A stretch of DNA of 64,000 nt from Candidatus Aenigmatarchaeota archaeon (GTDB taxonomy: Archaea > Aenigmatarchaeota > Aenigmatarchaeia > CG10238-14 > SpSt-28). Below the pieces are notes generated by a model. The model had not been told where the DNA came from. It did not search any database and was given only the letters and a program-made list of their open reading frames with translations. Below, piece after piece: positions 1 through 10,361 of this stretch; position 1 is the stretch's first letter, and each line of letters opens with the position of its first letter. The translations under genes were made by a program, and so were the position numbers. The stretch lies in NCBI GenBank assembly GCA_044343155.1, contig JAVZSS010000001.1:6023-70022 (forward strand). Direction: 5' to 3'.

Positions 1-79
1 CAACATAACAATTTATTAATTTTCTTCCTTTTCTTTCACCTATATAGCTTCCAGGTAAAACTATTTCTCTTAAAGCCAT
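1..79 (-). CDS. rrp4: Exosome RNA-binding subunit Rrp4, N-terminal part (runs off window edge)
   Basis: Manual translation from ATG at 79: MALREIVLPGSYIGERKGRKLINCYV; IVxPG motif; canonical position after psmA-SBDS in the exosome superoperon. Confidence 0.7.
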   Translation of the reverse strand, partial: MALREIVLPGSYIGERKGRKLINCYV

Positions 80-84
80 AAATC

Positions 85-792
85 TCACACATCTATTTTT
101 CTAACTATCTTAGATTCAAAACTTCCCTTCGTTATTTCAGCTAACTTTCTAAACAACTCATCTTGTATACCAGAAAAAATTTCGATTTCAAGAATCAAAC
201 TCCCATCTGAAGAATAATTCTCACTCTTTATTTCACCTGCAGAAGAAATAACAGAATACGCTTTTCCAATAAACTGAGCAGGTATTTTAATTTGTAGCAA
301 AGTTTTTTGAAATTTTATTGGTAAGATTTGTTTTATAGCTTTTAAAACTTTTTCTACTTGAACTTCTGCATCTAAAAAAGGATCTATATTAACTCCAACT
401 TGCTCCATAGCATTCAATATTCTTTGAGGTGGATGTGGAGTATTTGTTTGCGGATTTATTGCTCTTTTAGAAATTAAAGTTGCTATTAAATTTTTCTTTT
501 CTTCTATCATCTCCCTCTTTTGCTCTGTTGTTAATGAAAATTCTCCCTTCTTTATTATTTCTTCAGCTATCTTATACAAATCTGTAGTCCCAAAAACTTT
601 TTGAAGCTCTTGCTGTTGGATAACCTCACCTTTTCGAGCATTTTTATAAATAGCTGGATACGCTAAAACTTCATCAATATTAACTTTTTTTCCATTCTTT
701 AGTTCCCATGCCTTTTTCGGATCTACAAGTATTTCGAATACCAATCCTTTTAAACTCAATCTAGCAACTACAGCTTTATCTACACTTATCAT
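85..792 (-). CDS. Ribosome maturation factor SBDS/Sdo1
   Basis: MISVDKAVVARL..FEILVDP, INPQTNTPHPPQRI motifs; follows psmA. Confidence 0.95.
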   Translation of the reverse strand: MISVDKAVVARLSLKGLVFEILVDPKKAWELKNGKKVNIDEVLAYPAIYKNARKGEVIQQQELQKVFGTTDLYKIAEEIIKKGEFSLTTEQKREMIEEKKNLIATLISKRAINPQTNTPHPPQRILNAMEQVGVNIDPFLDAEVQVEKVLKAIKQILPIKFQKTLLQIKIPAQFIGKAYSVISSAGEIKSENYSSDGSLILEIEIFSGIQDELFRKLAEITKGSFESKIVRKIDV

Positions 793-809
793 GGCAAAAA
801 CCCAAAAAT

Positions 810-1511
810 TTACTTAATCATTTTTTCTATTTCTTCTAAACTCAAAATTTTGAACGTAAAATTCTCAATTATAGCTAAATCCATTCTTTCTATGCTAACT
901 TTTTCTGTTTTTTCCAGAATATCTATAGCCAATTTGATTGCATCTTTTTTAGTAATCTTATTACTCCATTCTTCTTTTAAAATTTTTATTGCGTTTTGTG
1001 CTCCTCTTCCTATAGAATGTGCATACCATTCAAATAGCATTCCGGAAGGATCACTTTCTATTAAATGTGGGCCTGTATCGTCTTCCCCACCAAATATTAT
1101 TGATACACCATAAGGTCTTAATCCACCATATTGTGTTAAGAGTTGCATTCTATCTCCAACTTCTTTAGATAGACTCCAAACGTCTATAGGCTCTTCAAAA
1201 GTTACTCTATGTGTTTGAGCCTTAACTCTAGCAAAATCTATTAAAACTCGAGCATCAGCTAAATATCCTGCTGCTACTGCTCCTATATGTGTATCTACTT
1301 TAAATATTTTCTCTATTGAAGATGGTGCCATAAGATCATCCAGTATTTTTGCTGTAGCTAAAAGAACTCCTTTATTAAAAATCATTCCTAAGGCTGTTAC
1401 CCCTCTTTTAACGGCTTCTTTTGCATATTCTACTTGAAATAGTCTTCCATCTGGGGAAAACATAGCTATTGTTCTATCATAACCCATAGCTTCAGCAAAG
1501 GTATCTGGCAT
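810..1511 (-). CDS. psmA: Proteasome alpha subunit
   Basis: GYDRTIAMFSPDGRLFQVEYA signature; ATG at 1511 preceded by GGTGA SD. Confidence 0.97.
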   Translation of the reverse strand: MPDTFAEAMGYDRTIAMFSPDGRLFQVEYAKEAVKRGVTALGMIFNKGVLLATAKILDDLMAPSSIEKIFKVDTHIGAVAAGYLADARVLIDFARVKAQTHRVTFEEPIDVWSLSKEVGDRMQLLTQYGGLRPYGVSIIFGGEDDTGPHLIESDPSGMLFEWYAHSIGRGAQNAIKILKEEWSNKITKKDAIKLAIDILEKTEKVSIERMDLAIIENFTFKILSLEEIEKMIK

Positions 1512-1526
1512 ATTATCACCCAAATC

Positions 1527-1880
1527 TCAATTTTTTAATTCTTTTCTATCTTTTAAAGTTTTAATTGTACCCGAAACTTTATAAATTTTTATATTAACTC
1601 TACTGTCTCCAATCCTAGAAATTAAACCAAGCCCAACTATAGATTTGTATTTTCCCCTATTACTTATCTTTAATATACCTATTTGTTCTTCATCATCCCA
1701 TAAATTTTCTAGAAATTTTGCATTTATTTGGGCTAAACCTTTTTCTCCAAACATATTTAAAATAGAGTTAAAAAAGGCTTCTTTTATTTGTTCTAAATTT
1801 ACTTTTTCTTCAGAAATAACTTTAAATAATATATATCTCTTTTTTTCTCTTAAACTTGGTAATAAAGGTTTTAATCTCAT
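1527..1880 (-). CDS. rnp2: RNase P protein component 2 (Pop5/Rpp14)
   Basis: LPSLREKKRYI and VSGTIKTL motifs; upstream of psmA. Confidence 0.92.
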   Translation of the reverse strand: MRLKPLLPSLREKKRYILFKVISEEKVNLEQIKEAFFNSILNMFGEKGLAQINAKFLENLWDDEEQIGILKISNRGKYKSIVGLGLISRIGDSRVNIKIYKVSGTIKTLKDRKELKN

Positions 1881-2744
1881 TTAAGATTTTGTACCAATAA
1901 GATTAATCTCTTTTATATATTCTGCCGCTTGCTCATTTGCAAATTCTAAACATTCTCTTAAATCGTATCCAAAATAATAATGATGCAAGAAGCTAGCATT
2001 AAAAACATCCCCAGCACCAGTTGTATTTAAAACTTTTTCAATTTTTACTCCTTCTACCTCTACCCTCTCTCCATTTTCTATTGCAAAAGCCCCTTTACTA
2101 CCTCTCTTAATTACTATAGTTCTATTTTTAAACCAATCTAAATTTTTGCTTATCTTTTTACATTCTTCTTCATTCATAAACAAAACATCAACTTTTTTTA
2201 CTAATTCAAAAAATTCTTCTTTATTAAAATTTATATTTGCCTTTATGTCTGGATCTAAACATACAATCATTCCTTTTTCTTTCGCCCTATTCGCTAAAGT
2301 AATAAAATCCTTTCTAAGATTATCAAGCAAATTGTATCCGGAAAGATAAAGTACCTCTCCTTCTAATAAATTTAAAGGTATGTGTTTAATAGAAAATAGA
2401 GTGTTGCTTCCTCTATAAGTTAATAATTGCTTTCTTCCATTTTCTAGCTCATATGCCAATGTTATTCCAGTATTAGTGTTTTCTATTGCTATCTTTGTTT
2501 CTATACCAAATCTTTTTAACTCATTAATTATAAAATTAGAAAAAATATCTTTTCCTAAACATCCAATAAGTCTTACTTTCATTTTTAGTTTGGACGCCCA
2601 TATCGAAAAATTTGCTGCACCTCCACCTACTTTAATTATAATGTTATTAACAAACTCTTGTTCGTTTTTCGCATCTTTGGAAAAAACTTTACCTAAAATT
2701 AGTAAGTCTATATTTACGTCTCCAATAGAAGTTATATCAACCAT
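1881..2744 (-). CDS. PfkB/ribokinase-family carbohydrate kinase
   Basis: GGGAAN and NTTGAGDVF motifs. Confidence 0.9.
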   Translation of the reverse strand: MVDITSIGDVNIDLLILGKVFSKDAKNEQEFVNNIIIKVGGGAANFSIWASKLKMKVRLIGCLGKDIFSNFIINELKRFGIETKIAIENTNTGITLAYELENGRKQLLTYRGSNTLFSIKHIPLNLLEGEVLYLSGYNLLDNLRKDFITLANRAKEKGMIVCLDPDIKANINFNKEEFFELVKKVDVLFMNEEECKKISKNLDWFKNRTIVIKRGSKGAFAIENGERVEVEGVKIEKVLNTTGAGDVFNASFLHHYYFGYDLRECLEFANEQAAEYIKEINLIGTKS

Positions 2745-2773
2745 ATTTTTTATTTAAGTTTAAGAATAATATT

Positions 2774-3520
2774 ATGAAAGTTATTATTCTTGCCGGCGGT
2801 TTTGGTCAAAGATTAAAACCAATAAGTGAGTTCTTACCAAAAACTTTGTTACCAGTTAATGGTAAACCTCTTTTAGATTATATAATCTATAAGATAGAAG
2901 AAATAGAAGATATAGATGAAATAATAATATCTACAAACAAGTATTTTGAAAATCACTTTAATTACTGGATAGAAAAATACAACGGAAATAAAAAAATCTT
3001 GCTTGTAGTTGAACCTTCCCTTAAAGAAGAAGAAAAATTGGGTGCTATAGGTGGTTTAAATTATGCTTTGAAGACTTTAAATATTGAAGATGATATACTT
3101 GTAATTGCAAGTGATAACTTTTTAGATGTTAACCTTAAAGATATGGTCTATCTATTCAAAAAAGAAAGAAAGATTATAATTGGTGTTTATGAAATTATTA
3201 AAGATGATCCTTCTAGATTTGGAATAGTATTAATGCAAAACAATGTCATCATAGATTTTCAAGAAAAACCTAAAGAACCTAAAAGTAGATTAGTTTCAAC
3301 TGGATGTTACATAATACCTAAGGAAAAAATTAAGCTCATAGAAGATTATATAAACTCAAAAATGAATCCAGATGCATTGGGTTATTTCTTTGAGTGGATA
3401 GTAAAGAAAGAAACTGTTTTAGGTTTTAAATTTGATGGAATTTGGTTTGATATTGGAACTGTAGATGCGTATAAAGAGTTAGACAGATTAGTTAGAGGTG
3501 GTTTTATTAAGCATATTTAA
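2774..3520 (+). CDS. Sugar-1-phosphate nucleotidyltransferase
   Basis: ILAGGFGQRL..PKTLLPV, FQEKP, WFDIGT motifs. Confidence 0.9.
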   Translation: MKVIILAGGFGQRLKPISEFLPKTLLPVNGKPLLDYIIYKIEEIEDIDEIIISTNKYFENHFNYWIEKYNGNKKILLVVEPSLKEEEKLGAIGGLNYALKTLNIEDDILVIASDNFLDVNLKDMVYLFKKERKIIIGVYEIIKDDPSRFGIVLMQNNVIIDFQEKPKEPKSRLVSTGCYIIPKEKIKLIEDYINSKMNPDALGYFFEWIVKKETVLGFKFDGIWFDIGTVDAYKELDRLVRGGFIKHI

Positions 3521-4838
3521 GCAATACGATATTAGAGGTGTTTATCCGAAAGAAATAAATGAAAAAATTTTTTACAAGTTAGCTAAAGCTTGTAGTAAAT
3601 ATTTTGAAGGTAAAACCGCTTTAATTGGTTGTGATGGTAGATTGTCTAGCCTAAATTTAAAAAATAGTGTCATTCAAGCTCTTCTAGATGATGGTATAGA
3701 AGTTTATGATGTAGGTCTTGTTTCTACTTCAACTTTCAATTTTTTAATTTCTCTTAAGAAATTTGACTTTGGTATTCAAATAACAGCATCCCACAATCCA
3801 AAGGATTATAATGGCATGAAAATTTATGATAATAATGGAAACTCTATAGGTTTGGGGTTTGGCTTAGAAAAAATTAAAGAAATATTCGAAAATGAAAAAT
3901 TTAATAGAAACAAAATTGGTGGAAAACTTGTCAATGGCGATTTTCTAAAAAAGCTTCACATAGATTTTTTAATCAAAAAGGCTGTTAAAAGTGATGTTAA
4001 ATTTGCTTTAGATTTTTCAAATGGAGTTGGTAGCATAGTACTTAAAGAAGTTTTAAATAATAACTACAATTTTATTTCAATAAATGAAAAAATTGATGGT
4101 AATTTTCCTTCCCATTCTCCAGAACCAAGTGAAGAAAGTTTATCAGAACTTAGAAATATAGTCAAAATTAAAAATTTGGATTTTGGAGCATGTTTTGATG
4201 GAGATGCTGATAGAATAGTTTTTGTCGATGATAAAGGAAATATTATTAGAGGTGATCAAATCCTATATCTATTTTCTTATCATTTAAATGCTAAAAAAAT
4301 AGTTTGTGAAGTTTCTTTTCCTCCCAAATTTTCAAAATTTTTAAAATCTTTAGGAAAGGAAATATACGAAACCAAAGTTGGTAGAACATTCATAATAAAT
4401 AAAATGAGAGAAGTTGATGCTGATGTTGGTGGAGAAATATCATCCCATTTTTATTTTAAAGAAACAAACTTTATGGAAGATGCCTTCTATTCTTTACTCA
4501 TTTTAATTAGCATTTTAGAAAAAGAAAAGAAAAAACTTAGCGAGATTTTAAAAGATTATACCTTGGGTAAATTTATTAATTATAAAATTGAAGTTGATGA
4601 AGATAAAAAATATACAATAATCGAAAAACTTAAAGAGGAATTTAGAAAAGATTATGAAGTTTTAGAAATTGATGGTATTAAAGTCATAATTTCTGATGAA
4701 GATTGGTTTCTAATAAGAGCTTCTAATACTGAGCCTGTAATAAGAATTTATATTGAATCTTTAGAGGAGAAAAAAATTGAAGAATATAGAAAAATAATTG
4801 ACAACTATATAAAAAGCTTCGCATCTAATTTAAAGTAA
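3498..4838 (+). CDS. Phosphoglucomutase/phosphomannomutase
   Basis: YDIRG, ITASHNP, FDGDADR, GGEISSH, IRASNTEP motifs. Confidence 0.95.
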   Translation: MVLLSIFKQYDIRGVYPKEINEKIFYKLAKACSKYFEGKTALIGCDGRLSSLNLKNSVIQALLDDGIEVYDVGLVSTSTFNFLISLKKFDFGIQITASHNPKDYNGMKIYDNNGNSIGLGFGLEKIKEIFENEKFNRNKIGGKLVNGDFLKKLHIDFLIKKAVKSDVKFALDFSNGVGSIVLKEVLNNNYNFISINEKIDGNFPSHSPEPSEESLSELRNIVKIKNLDFGACFDGDADRIVFVDDKGNIIRGDQILYLFSYHLNAKKIVCEVSFPPKFSKFLKSLGKEIYETKVGRTFIINKMREVDADVGGEISSHFYFKETNFMEDAFYSLLILISILEKEKKKLSEILKDYTLGKFINYKIEVDEDKKYTIIEKLKEEFRKDYEVLEIDGIKVIISDEDWFLIRASNTEPVIRIYIESLEEKKIEEYRKIIDNYIKSFASNLK

Positions 4839-4855
4839 AAAAATATACCAAATTA

Positions 4856-6340
4856 ATGGAAGAAATTAAAGATAGAAAAATCCTTTTCGTAACTCCTGAA
4901 CTAAAAACATTCAAATCTAGGGCTGGAGGATTAGGACAAGTAGCTGAAGAGTTGGTTAAGGCTTTTGGTGAACTAAATTTAAATTTACATGTGGTGTCTT
5001 GCTTGTATAAATATACAATAATAGATAGCTACAAGAAAGAAAACGACTTCAGCGATTTAAATCTAGAAGTTATTGATAGAATAAAAATAAAAATTGATAA
5101 AGAATATGAAGCAACTATATACAAAACTAAAAAATATGGGATTAACTTTTACTTTTTATATAATGATGAATTGACAGAAGGATTGTATATTGGAGATTTA
5201 TTAAAATTTGCTATATTTCTAGGTAAAGGAACTGTTGAAATCATGAAAAAAATTAATTTGATTCCTGATATTATTCACTTACATGATGCCTTAACTTCTT
5301 TGGTTCTTTTCTATTCTAAGTATGATCCATCTTATTCTGAGTTTAAAAAATGTAAATTTGTGTTTACAATACATAATGCTGGATACGCTTACCAACAAAT
5401 TTATCCTGTAGATAGAATAAATCTAATAAATCTTCCTCCATTTGAATTAAAAAAGCTAATATGGAATGGTAACATAAATTTACTTTATGGAGGAGTAGAA
5501 AATAGCGATTTAGTTAATACTGTTAGTGAAGATTATGCTATAAATTTAAAGGTTAATGGAGAAGGACTTAAAGACGTTTTTGAAAGAAAGAACGTTTTTG
5601 GTATAATAAATGGAATTGATATAGATTATTGGAGAGACCCTTACTATAAAAATGCTACAAAAGAAAACATACTTAATTTGAAACTTGAGAAGAAAATGGA
5701 ACTAATAAATGAAATAAAGATTAGAACAGGAAAGAAACTTGATATAAATAAAATAATTGCTATTATGCCAAGAAGATTAAGTAGCCAAAAAGGTTTTGAC
5801 ACATTAATGCCAATTATGGAAAAACTTCATAATGATTTAGGAATTCAATTTATTGTTCTTGGTGTTGCCCATCCAAATGATGAAATTGGACACCAATGGG
5901 CAAATTACTTTTACGAACTTCACAATAAGTTACCTGGCTTTGTATTTATTTATTCTTTTGACGAAAATCTAGCAAAACTTATGTATGCAGGAGCAGATAT
6001 AATACTATATCCATCTTTACCAAATAAAGAACCATGTGGAACAGGATATATGATGGCTCTAGTAAATGGTACTCCAGTTGTAGGAACAAAAACTGGTGGA
6101 TTAGCTGAAGTTATAAAAGAGTTTGATGAAACAACCCTAGAAGGAAATGGTTTCTTAATTTGGAAAGAAGAATATTCTACAGAAACGTTTTTAAGAAAAA
6201 TTGAAAAAGCGAGAAGGATATTTGAAGATAGAGAAAAATGGAAATCTTTAGTTTGGAATGCATTTAAAACTGAGGTTGATATAAAGAGTTGCGCTATTGA
6301 ATATATTAAAAGAGTTTATTTACCTGTACTAAAAATTTAA
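4856..6340 (+). CDS. glgA: Glycogen/starch synthase (GT5)
   Basis: GGLG, IHLHD, FTIHN, TVS..YA, QKGFD, EPCG, TGGL motifs. Confidence 0.88.
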   Translation: MEEIKDRKILFVTPELKTFKSRAGGLGQVAEELVKAFGELNLNLHVVSCLYKYTIIDSYKKENDFSDLNLEVIDRIKIKIDKEYEATIYKTKKYGINFYFLYNDELTEGLYIGDLLKFAIFLGKGTVEIMKKINLIPDIIHLHDALTSLVLFYSKYDPSYSEFKKCKFVFTIHNAGYAYQQIYPVDRINLINLPPFELKKLIWNGNINLLYGGVENSDLVNTVSEDYAINLKVNGEGLKDVFERKNVFGIINGIDIDYWRDPYYKNATKENILNLKLEKKMELINEIKIRTGKKLDINKIIAIMPRRLSSQKGFDTLMPIMEKLHNDLGIQFIVLGVAHPNDEIGHQWANYFYELHNKLPGFVFIYSFDENLAKLMYAGADIILYPSLPNKEPCGTGYMMALVNGTPVVGTKTGGLAEVIKEFDETTLEGNGFLIWKEEYSTETFLRKIEKARRIFEDREKWKSLVWNAFKTEVDIKSCAIEYIKRVYLPVLKI

Positions 6341-6341
6341 A

Positions 6342-7577
6342 ATGAAAATAGCATTTTTTTGTTGGGAATTTTGGCCTAGATTGGTAGGTGGATTAGGGAC
6401 TTATGCAATAGAAATCACAAAAAAGTTTGTTGAAATGGGAAACGAAGTTGTTGTTTTTACATTAAACGATGGAAACTATCCTACAAAAGATTATTGGAAT
6501 AATGTAGAAATTCATAGACCATTGATATTAGACAGTAGTGATACTTTTCCACTATTTGTCAAAGAAGATCTAAAAAGATGGGGGCATCATCTTAGATTTT
6601 TTTCAGATATCTATTCATATAATTATCTCTCTGCTTCAAAACTTTTAAACCAAATAATAAAAAAAGAAGGTAGAAAATTTGATATAATTTCTTTTCATGA
6701 TTGGCTATCTTCTTTTGCTGGCATAATGCTTAAGAAAAACTCTAATTTACCAGCGGTTTTTCATATTCATTCTTTAGAAGAACAAAGAAATATGGGTGGT
6801 GGCTCAGATACAATTAAAGAAATAGAAAGAGAAGCTGCCAAGGTTGCAGATAAAATAATAACTGTTTCATATTCAATGAAAGATTTTCTTATAAATGTTG
6901 GATATCCTAAAGAAAAGATAAATGTTGTTTATAATGGAATAGATACAGAAAAATATAATCCCAAAAATGTAAATTGGTCTTTGGTAGAGAATCTAAAGAA
7001 AAAATATAACATAAATAATGAGAAAGTTGTTTTTTTCATAGGAAGATTAACTTGGATAAAAGGAATATTTAATTTAATAAAAGCCATTCCTATTGTTATT
7101 GAAAAACACAAAGATGTAAAGTTTATAATTTTGGGTAAAGGTGAAAATTATTTGGATTTAATTCATTTAGCACAATCTTTAAACATTAGTAAATATTTGG
7201 AAATTAGATCAGAATGGGTTAGTGAAGAAGAAAGAATAGCTCATTATGCTTTGGCTGACGTTTGTGTTTTTCCGAGTATAAGTGAACCGTTTGGTATAGT
7301 TAGTATAGAAGCTATGGCTATGGAAAGACCAGTTATTGTTGGTGCTAGAGGTGTTTCTGGATTAAGAGAACAAGTAATTCCTGATGGTGAAAATAAATGT
7401 GGATTACATATAAATGGTGAAGATCCGAACGATATTGCTTGGGGAATAAATGTAGTTTTAGATAATCTAGAAGAGGCTAAAAAATGGGGTAAAAATGGAA
7501 GAAAAAGGGTAATAGAAAATTTTACAATAGAAAAGACTGCAAAAGAAACTTTAAAAATTTATGAGTCTTTGCTATAA
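6342..7577 (+). CDS. Glycosyltransferase family 4 (glycogen-synthase-like)
   Basis: WEFWPRLVGGLG, HDW, SEPFGIVSIEAMA. Confidence 0.88.
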   Translation: MKIAFFCWEFWPRLVGGLGTYAIEITKKFVEMGNEVVVFTLNDGNYPTKDYWNNVEIHRPLILDSSDTFPLFVKEDLKRWGHHLRFFSDIYSYNYLSASKLLNQIIKKEGRKFDIISFHDWLSSFAGIMLKKNSNLPAVFHIHSLEEQRNMGGGSDTIKEIEREAAKVADKIITVSYSMKDFLINVGYPKEKINVVYNGIDTEKYNPKNVNWSLVENLKKKYNINNEKVVFFIGRLTWIKGIFNLIKAIPIVIEKHKDVKFIILGKGENYLDLIHLAQSLNISKYLEIRSEWVSEEERIAHYALADVCVFPSISEPFGIVSIEAMAMERPVIVGARGVSGLREQVIPDGENKCGLHINGEDPNDIAWGINVVLDNLEEAKKWGKNGRKRVIENFTIEKTAKETLKIYESLL

Positions 7578-7604
7578 ATTTATTTTAAAAATACAAGAAA
7601 AACT

Positions 7605-8378
7605 ATGATAATTGGTATTGTTTCTGGCAAAGGAGGGGTTGGCAAAACAACTATTGCTTCTAATTTAAGCTATTATCTTTCTCTTTTTGGAAAAAGAGTA
7701 ACTCTAATAGATTGTAATATAACAACATCTCATTTAAACTTTAACTTTGGCATCTTTGCTCCAGAAGTTACATTGAATAATATACTAAGAGGAGAAAACG
7801 ATATAAATGAAGCAATCTACAGATATAAAAATCTTAACATTATTCCAGCTTCTTTACGTTTAGAGGATTTAAATTACATAGATTTATTAGGATTAAAAAA
7901 TTTAGTTAGAAAGATAGATGCAGATTATGTTATACTTGATTCAGCCCCAGGATTTGGAAGAGAAGCTATTTCAGTTTTGAATTCGGTAGATACAGTCATT
8001 TTTGTGACTTTACCTTTTTTAAGTTCTGTAGCAGATGTAATTAGAGCAAAAAAAATCTTGGAAGAATTCAACATATTTCCTCTTGGAATTATAGTAAATA
8101 TGGTAAGAGGTAAAAGATATGAATTAAAGAGGGGGGAAATCGAAGCTTTAACAAAAATTAAAGTTCTAGGAGAAATACCATATGACGAAAACGTAGAAAT
8201 CGCTTTATCTTTAGGAAAACCTTTTATTGAATTATATCCAAATTCTCCGGCAAGTATTTCATTAAAAAGAATATGTAGTAACATATTTGGTACTCCAATT
8301 GAAGAAAAAAAATTGAATTTTTTGGAAAGATTCTATGAAAAATTTAGAAATATATCAAACAAAATTAGAATTATTTAG
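7605..8378 (+). CDS. minD: MinD/ParA-family ATPase
   Basis: SGKGGVGKTT deviant Walker A; DSAPG; amphipathic C-terminal tail. Confidence 0.85.
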   Translation: MIIGIVSGKGGVGKTTIASNLSYYLSLFGKRVTLIDCNITTSHLNFNFGIFAPEVTLNNILRGENDINEAIYRYKNLNIIPASLRLEDLNYIDLLGLKNLVRKIDADYVILDSAPGFGREAISVLNSVDTVIFVTLPFLSSVADVIRAKKILEEFNIFPLGIIVNMVRGKRYELKRGEIEALTKIKVLGEIPYDENVEIALSLGKPFIELYPNSPASISLKRICSNIFGTPIEEKKLNFLERFYEKFRNISNKIRII

Positions 8379-8925
8379 AAACGAAAAAATTGTTTTTTGC
8401 AAAGAATCTCAAATTTTTACTTAAATCCTTTCTTACACCTATTCTTTTAGAACTTCCAATTTCATAAGAAATTCCTCTATCTTCAATCCAAATATTACTT
8501 TTTTCTCCAAGAATTTTCCCATTTAAAGATTTATCAATTCTCAATGTTTTTGTTAACCTTCCCGGACCACTAAACATTTTTTTCAATTCTTTATTATCAA
8601 AATCTTTCAAAATACTACCAATTGGTTCTATTGCCCTAATCAAAACTGCCCCGATTTCATTTTTTTCATGGGCTACTATATTAAACATCCAATATTTATG
8701 AACATTGTATATGAAAATTTTACCCGGCTCTTCCCACATTACTTTGTTATAATTTTTAATGCCGTTGTAAGCCCTAGATGCTGGATCTTTAAGTCCAAAA
8801 TATGCCTCAGTTTCAACTATTATTCCCTCTATAAAGTTATCATCTATTTTTCTAATCAATACCTTGCCAATAAGTTCTTTAGCAACTAAATCCGTTTTTC
8901 TTTCAAAGAATTTTAATTCAATCAT
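8371..8925 (-). CDS. mpg: DNA-3-methyladenine glycosylase (MPG/AAG family)
   Basis: IVETEAY, AVLIRAIEP, GPGRLT, RIGV motifs. Confidence 0.92.
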   Translation of the reverse strand: MIELKFFERKTDLVAKELIGKVLIRKIDDNFIEGIIVETEAYFGLKDPASRAYNGIKNYNKVMWEEPGKIFIYNVHKYWMFNIVAHEKNEIGAVLIRAIEPIGSILKDFDNKELKKMFSGPGRLTKTLRIDKSLNGKILGEKSNIWIEDRGISYEIGSSKRIGVRKDLSKNLRFFAKNNFFVSK

Positions 8926-8930
8926 AAATT

Positions 8931-10361
8931 TTATTCTAGTATTATTGGTCTTATCTTTTCTTTACTTAATTCTTCAAGCTGTTTTATCTTCGCTTCCAAA
9001 AAACTAATTTTGTTCGTAATATTTTGAATTATATTTTCTGGAATAAGCTTATTCTTAGTTTCATCTAAAACTCTTTTAATATCTTCAATATCCTTTTTAA
9101 TAAAGTTTACCTCCTCTTTTGTTGAATAACTTGAGCTATCTTTCTTAAATTTCTCAATTTCTGTTAAAGCCTTTTTAACATCTGCTACAAGATTAGAAAA
9201 ATCTTCAACTCTAACATAATTATTCAAGTTAAACTCTTCTTTAATCTTACTTAAATCATATATTTTGTTATCTAAAGTACTCAACCCCTTCATTAATACG
9301 TTGATGTCAACAATAACTTTATTTATCTGTTTCTCACCATTCTCTAATCTATTTTTAATTTCTGTAAGCTCCTTTTCAAGTACATCAACTTTTTCTTTTT
9401 CTGCAGCACTACTTTTTATATCTTCTAAATTAGAAGTCAACTTTGCTATTATTCTCTTCACTTCTTCTAAATCATTTTTTGAAGAAAACAATGAAAGCTG
9501 GGTAGATATTAACTCGATATTTGATTTAATCTTACTCAAATCTCTATAAATTTCCTCAATCTTAGCTTCTATGATGGGAATCTCTTTTATTTTTTCTTTA
9601 CTACCAGAAATGTTAGATATTAAAGAGATAATTTCTTGAGTCTTGTTTTCCATTTCTCCTTTAATTTCAATTACCCTATTCAAAACTTCTTTTATTACAT
9701 CTGGCTTTAATAATTGTACATCCGAAAAAATTCTTTCTAATTCCTTAGAAATAGATGATAAATTAATTTTCATCAATCCTACTTCATTTTCCAATTTAAC
9801 AAAATCTGTAAGAAAAGATTCTGGTAATCTTTTATTTAACTCTTCTTCTATTTTTTTCTTAGTTTCTTCTAATTCTTCCAATTTCCTACTAACCTCTTGA
9901 TTTGAAGAAAGAAAAGATAAAGAAATTTCTTCAAAATCTTTCTTTACTTCGTTCAATACTTTCTTAATATTTTCAACATCCTCATTTAAATTACTAAACT
10001 TTTGTTTTTCATTCAAATAATCATCTTTTACTTTTTCTAAATCATTCAAAATTTGCATTATTTCAAATATTTTGTTCTCTATTACATTTATTCTTTCTTC
10101 ATTTAATTTCTTATATTCTTCTATTTTGTTTTCAAACTCATAGCTAAATTCACTTTCAAACAAATTTTTTAACTCACTTAAAGAAGCGGTCTCTACTAAA
10201 AACAAATCTTCCAATTCTTCAACTTTATCTAAAAGCTCTTTAACATTTATACTTTCTATATTTTTTAAATTTTCTTTAATTGAAGAAACTACCATCTCCA
10301 ATTCAACTAGTCTTTTTTCCAATTCAAGAATTTTTATTTTAAGGTTGTTTTCTTCTACCAT
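8931..10361 (-). CDS. Long coiled-coil protein of unknown function
   Basis: 476 aa E/K/L/I heptad-rich; no ATPase motif; ends RPIILE. Confidence 0.75.
   Translation of the reverse strand: MVEENNLKIKILELEKRLVELEMVVSSIKENLKNIESINVKELLDKVEELEDLFLVETASLSELKNLFESEFSYEFENKIEEYKKLNEERINVIENKIFEIMQILNDLEKVKDDYLNEKQKFSNLNEDVENIKKVLNEVKKDFEEISLSFLSSNQEVSRKLEELEETKKKIEEELNKRLPESFLTDFVKLENEVGLMKINLSSISKELERIFSDVQLLKPDVIKEVLNRVIEIKGEMENKTQEIISLISNISGSKEKIKEIPIIEAKIEEIYRDLSKIKSNIELISTQLSLFSSKNDLEEVKRIIAKLTSNLEDIKSSAAEKEKVDVLEKELTEIKNRLENGEKQINKVIVDINVLMKGLSTLDNKIYDLSKIKEEFNLNNYVRVEDFSNLVADVKKALTEIEKFKKDSSSYSTKEEVNFIKKDIEDIKRVLDETKNKLIPENIIQNITNKISFLEAKIKQLEELSKEKIRPIILE

Noticed and set aside
8931..10361. 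SMC/Rad50 call for the coiled-coil protein
   Set aside because: No Walker A/B, signature motif or hinge/hook
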